A stretch of DNA of 64,000 nt from Myxococcota bacterium (lineage in GTDB: Bacteria; Myxococcota_A; UBA9160; UBA4427). The stretch lies in the NCBI GenBank assembly GCA_045106235.1, contig JBGCEJ010000021.1:20893-84892 (forward strand), read 5' to 3'. A model generated the notes under the pieces. The model did no database searches and was not told where the DNA came from. It was given only the letters and a program-made list of their open reading frames with translations. A program made the position numbers and the translations under genes. Below are positions 61,926 to 64,000 of this stretch, in pieces (the first letter of the stretch is position 1; every line of letters starts with the position of its first letter).

Positions 61926-63035
61926 TTACCAATGCTCGAGGGCGGCGACGCGCTCGCGATGGGCTTCTGGCGAACCCAGCCAGACTCGGTCGAACATCGT
62001 GCGCTTCAGGAAAAACTGAACATCGCATTCCCAGGTGAAACCGATGCCGCCATGCAGAGCGACCGCGCTGCGGGCGATCTTCACCGCGGCGTCCGTGGCG
62101 TGCGCCTTGGTGGTGGCGGCTTCGCGTTCGCGTTCGTGGGGTAGATGGTCAAGGGCGTAGGCGGCGTACCAAATGAGGCCGCGCATGGATTCCGCCGCCA
62201 TCGCCATATTGGCAAGCTCATGCTTCACGGCTTGGAATTGCGCGATCTTCGTTCCGAATTGCTCGCGGGCTTGCGCGTATTCTGCGGTGACACGAATGAG
62301 TCGCCCGGCCGCGCCGAGGGCATCCGCGGCGAGCAGGACTCGTGCGGTGTCGAGGACGCGGTCGACTGCGCGCTCTGCTGGACCTGCCGAGACCGGGGGG
62401 ACGACCGGGGCGACGAGTTCCTCGATGGCGACGTCGTCGAAGTAAAGGTCTGCGAGGGGGCGCGTTCGATCGATCCCGTTGACGGGCTTTCGTGTTAGAC
62501 CGGATCCTTGGGGGTCGACAAGGCCAAGACCGCCGCCCGCGAGTCCGACAACAATGAGCCCGGTTTCGGGGCCGACCTCGGCAAAGGTTTTCGTTCCTGA
62601 AACGCGATTTGCTTTCGAGGCGGTTTTCCACTCGGTTGAGGTCCAGCGCTCTCCGGTTTCCGCGAAGGCGAAGCCGGCGACACAGTCGCCCGAGGCGAGG
62701 CGAGGGAGCCATTTCTCTTTCTGAGAATCGCTCCCGGCCAGAAGGATGGCTTGGGTGGCCAGGGTGTGGCCGAGGAAGGGGCCGGGGACGGCGGCTTCCC
62801 CGAGGATTTCGAAGGCGAGTGCGAGGTCGAGGAGATCTAGACCGGCGCCTCCGTAGGCTTCCGGTACGATGAGGCCGCAGAGACCGATTTCAGAGGCGGC
62901 TTTCCAGATCGAAGGGTCGAAGCCTCGCCCTTCGTCGAAGATTTCTCGAAGCCGGGGTGCAGAGACTTCGTCCGCGGTGAAGCGCCGAAGCGTGTTCTGG
63001 AGCAAATTCTGCTCGTCGGTCAATCCGAAATGCAT
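61926..63035 (-). CDS. acyl-CoA dehydrogenase family protein (partner/beta-type)
   Basis: ORF 61926..63125. Start at ATG 63035 (MHFGLTDEQ). The C-terminal 'ALHGGIGFTWECDVQFFLKR' is typical of the second subunit of paired FadE dehydrogenases. Confidence 0.85.
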   Translation of the reverse strand: MHFGLTDEQNLLQNTLRRFTADEVSAPRLREIFDEGRGFDPSIWKAASEIGLCGLIVPEAYGGAGLDLLDLALAFEILGEAAVPGPFLGHTLATQAILLAGSDSQKEKWLPRLASGDCVAGFAFAETGERWTSTEWKTASKANRVSGTKTFAEVGPETGLIVVGLAGGGLGLVDPQGSGLTRKPVNGIDRTRPLADLYFDDVAIEELVAPVVPPVSAGPAERAVDRVLDTARVLLAADALGAAGRLIRVTAEYAQAREQFGTKIAQFQAVKHELANMAMAAESMRGLIWYAAYALDHLPHEREREAATTKAHATDAAVKIARSAVALHGGIGFTWECDVQFFLKRTMFDRVWLGSPEAHRERVAALEHW

Positions 63036-63156
63036 GGTCGGTTGCCTTCTCTGACGTGGATCTAGACGTGGAAGCCTCGGCAGGGATGCCGTTGCGGCTG
63101 TCCCGATCAGCGTGGAGTCTCGCAAGTTGACGAAGGCTCGGCACCTGGGAGAACGA

Positions 63157-64000
63157 ATGTCGTTGTTGGGAAAGAAGCAGGCGCGAATGCGCTTCGGTCG
63201 GATTTCGGCGGGGCTCGGGCTGGTGCTCTGCGCGCCGCTCTTGGCGGCGGTGGCGGTGGCGCAGGAGGCGCCTGCGGTGGAAGATGCCGCGGCGGAGAAT
63301 GCACAGGCCGTGGATCTCGATGCGTACGAGGAGATGCTCGTGAGCGCGAATCGGGCGCCGACGCGGCGGGCGACGGTGGCGGGCTACACGACGGTGATTA
63401 CGGCGGAAGATCTCGAGTCTTCGGTCAGTACATCACTTGCGGATGCGCTCCGCTTCGTTCCGGGGCTCCAGGTCTCGGGCCAGGGCAGCCGGGGCGGCCT
63501 CACGCAGCTCTTCCTGCGTGGCTTGGACTCGAACCATGTCCTGGTTCTGATCGACGGCATTCGCTTGAACGATCAAACGAATTCTCGGGGTGGTTCCTTC
63601 GATCCAACGACGCTTTCTCTGGCGGATATCGAGCGCGTTGAAGTCATTCGCGGCCCCCGTTCTTCTGTTTACGGATCCGATGCCCTGGCAGGGGTTATCA
63701 ATATCATCAGCAAGCAAGTCGCGGGGGACGCCGAGCCACGCGCTCGCCTGACCGCGCGCGGTGGTCGCTTTCATACGGGGCAGGTGCTTGCGGAAATGAG
63801 TGCTGGTTTGGGAGGCAATGTGGGCCTCGCTCTCGGTGGGGCCTTCGATACATCCCGGGATCCGAACTCAAGCGGGGGCTTCGACGGCGGGAGCTTTAAG
63901 GCCAAGCTGGATGTTGATCTTCCGAGCGCTTGGACTTTTCAGGCGACGACCCGCTTTCATCGAAGCAACGCGCGGAGTTTTCCTGATTCGAGTGGTGGTC
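63157..64000 (+). CDS. TonB-dependent receptor, N-terminal part (runs off the right edge)
   Basis: Not in the ORF track because it has no stop in the window. From ATG 63157 the frame is open to the end of the window. Signal peptide 'LVLCAPLLAAVAVAQ'. Plug-domain motifs 'ADALRFVPGLQVS', 'LFLRGLDSNHVLVLIDGIRLN' and 'IERVEVIRGPRSSVYGSDALAGVINIIS'. Confidence 0.88.
   Translation, partial: MSLLGKKQARMRFGRISAGLGLVLCAPLLAAVAVAQEAPAVEDAAAENAQAVDLDAYEEMLVSANRAPTRRATVAGYTTVITAEDLESSVSTSLADALRFVPGLQVSGQGSRGGLTQLFLRGLDSNHVLVLIDGIRLNDQTNSRGGSFDPTTLSLADIERVEVIRGPRSSVYGSDALAGVINIISKQVAGDAEPRARLTARGGRFHTGQVLAEMSAGLGGNVGLALGGAFDTSRDPNSSGGFDGGSFKAKLDVDLPSAWTFQATTRFHRSNARSFPDSSGG

Noticed and set aside
63036-63156. 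Possible cobalamin (or other) riboswitch in front of the BtuB-like TonB-dependent receptor.
   Set aside because: The leader is only ~120 nt long, and I could not find a B12-box-like (AGYCMGGAGACC-type) core or the conserved GGTGAAAxxCC-type elements.
1-64000. Searched by eye for CRISPR arrays, tRNA/rRNA genes, transposases, integrases, phage genes and toxin-antitoxin or defence-system hallmarks.
   Set aside because: I found no spaced direct repeats, no tRNA-like T-arm (GGTTCGAATCC-type) sequences in the spacers, and no recombinase, nuclease or ATPase defence signatures in any credible ORF. The window looks like core or accessory metabolism.

Overview
High-GC (roughly 60-65% by eye) bacterial chromosomal window, almost fully coding. 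About 58 protein-coding genes are supported. I found no rRNA, tRNA, CRISPR array, transposase/integrase or prophage signature.

Gene content, left to right:
- a UDPGP-type UGPase;
- a TetR-linked AtuA / crotonase / F420-type LLM oxidoreductase island;
- a 10-gene Mrp/Mbh-like cation:proton antiporter cluster, in the order E-F-G-MbhD-like-B-C-D-D-x-D;
- two tandem PEP-CTERM proteins;
- a tandem-fused family III CoA-transferase with an amidohydrolase;
- a D-aminoacylase followed by two small ORFs hidden in the ORF track;
- BKACE, alpha/beta hydrolase, PhyH, Ald and class II aldolase genes;
- vWA-OmpA and CBM9/DUF5916 envelope proteins;
- a glutamine-synthetase-like / ALDH / Fe-ADH operon;
- a tesA-ybbA-ybbP-like module whose esterase has no canonical start codon.

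The most unusual stretch is 45.6-54.1 kb. It holds an FHA membrane protein and a long-form KAS III. It then holds a translationally coupled operon of cytochrome c, a GTP cyclohydrolase II variant lacking the catalytic Tyr, and a double-SIS/creatininase fusion. I read this operon as a candidate undescribed GTP-derived cofactor module. It is followed by a CarF/PEDS1-type desaturase coupled to an unknown polytopic membrane protein, and by a secreted His/Arg-rich protein.

The window ends with fabH-fabF, a DUF1232 protein, a 1001-aa MFS/spermidine-synthase/TPR fusion, two tandem acyl-CoA dehydrogenases and the 5' part of a TonB-dependent receptor.

The gene content (PEP-CTERM, CarF, F420-type LLMs, many CoA-ester enzymes) hints at an uncultured Myxococcota-like or similar lineage, but taxonomy cannot be established from this window. 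All family names come from by-eye motif recognition; no database search was run.
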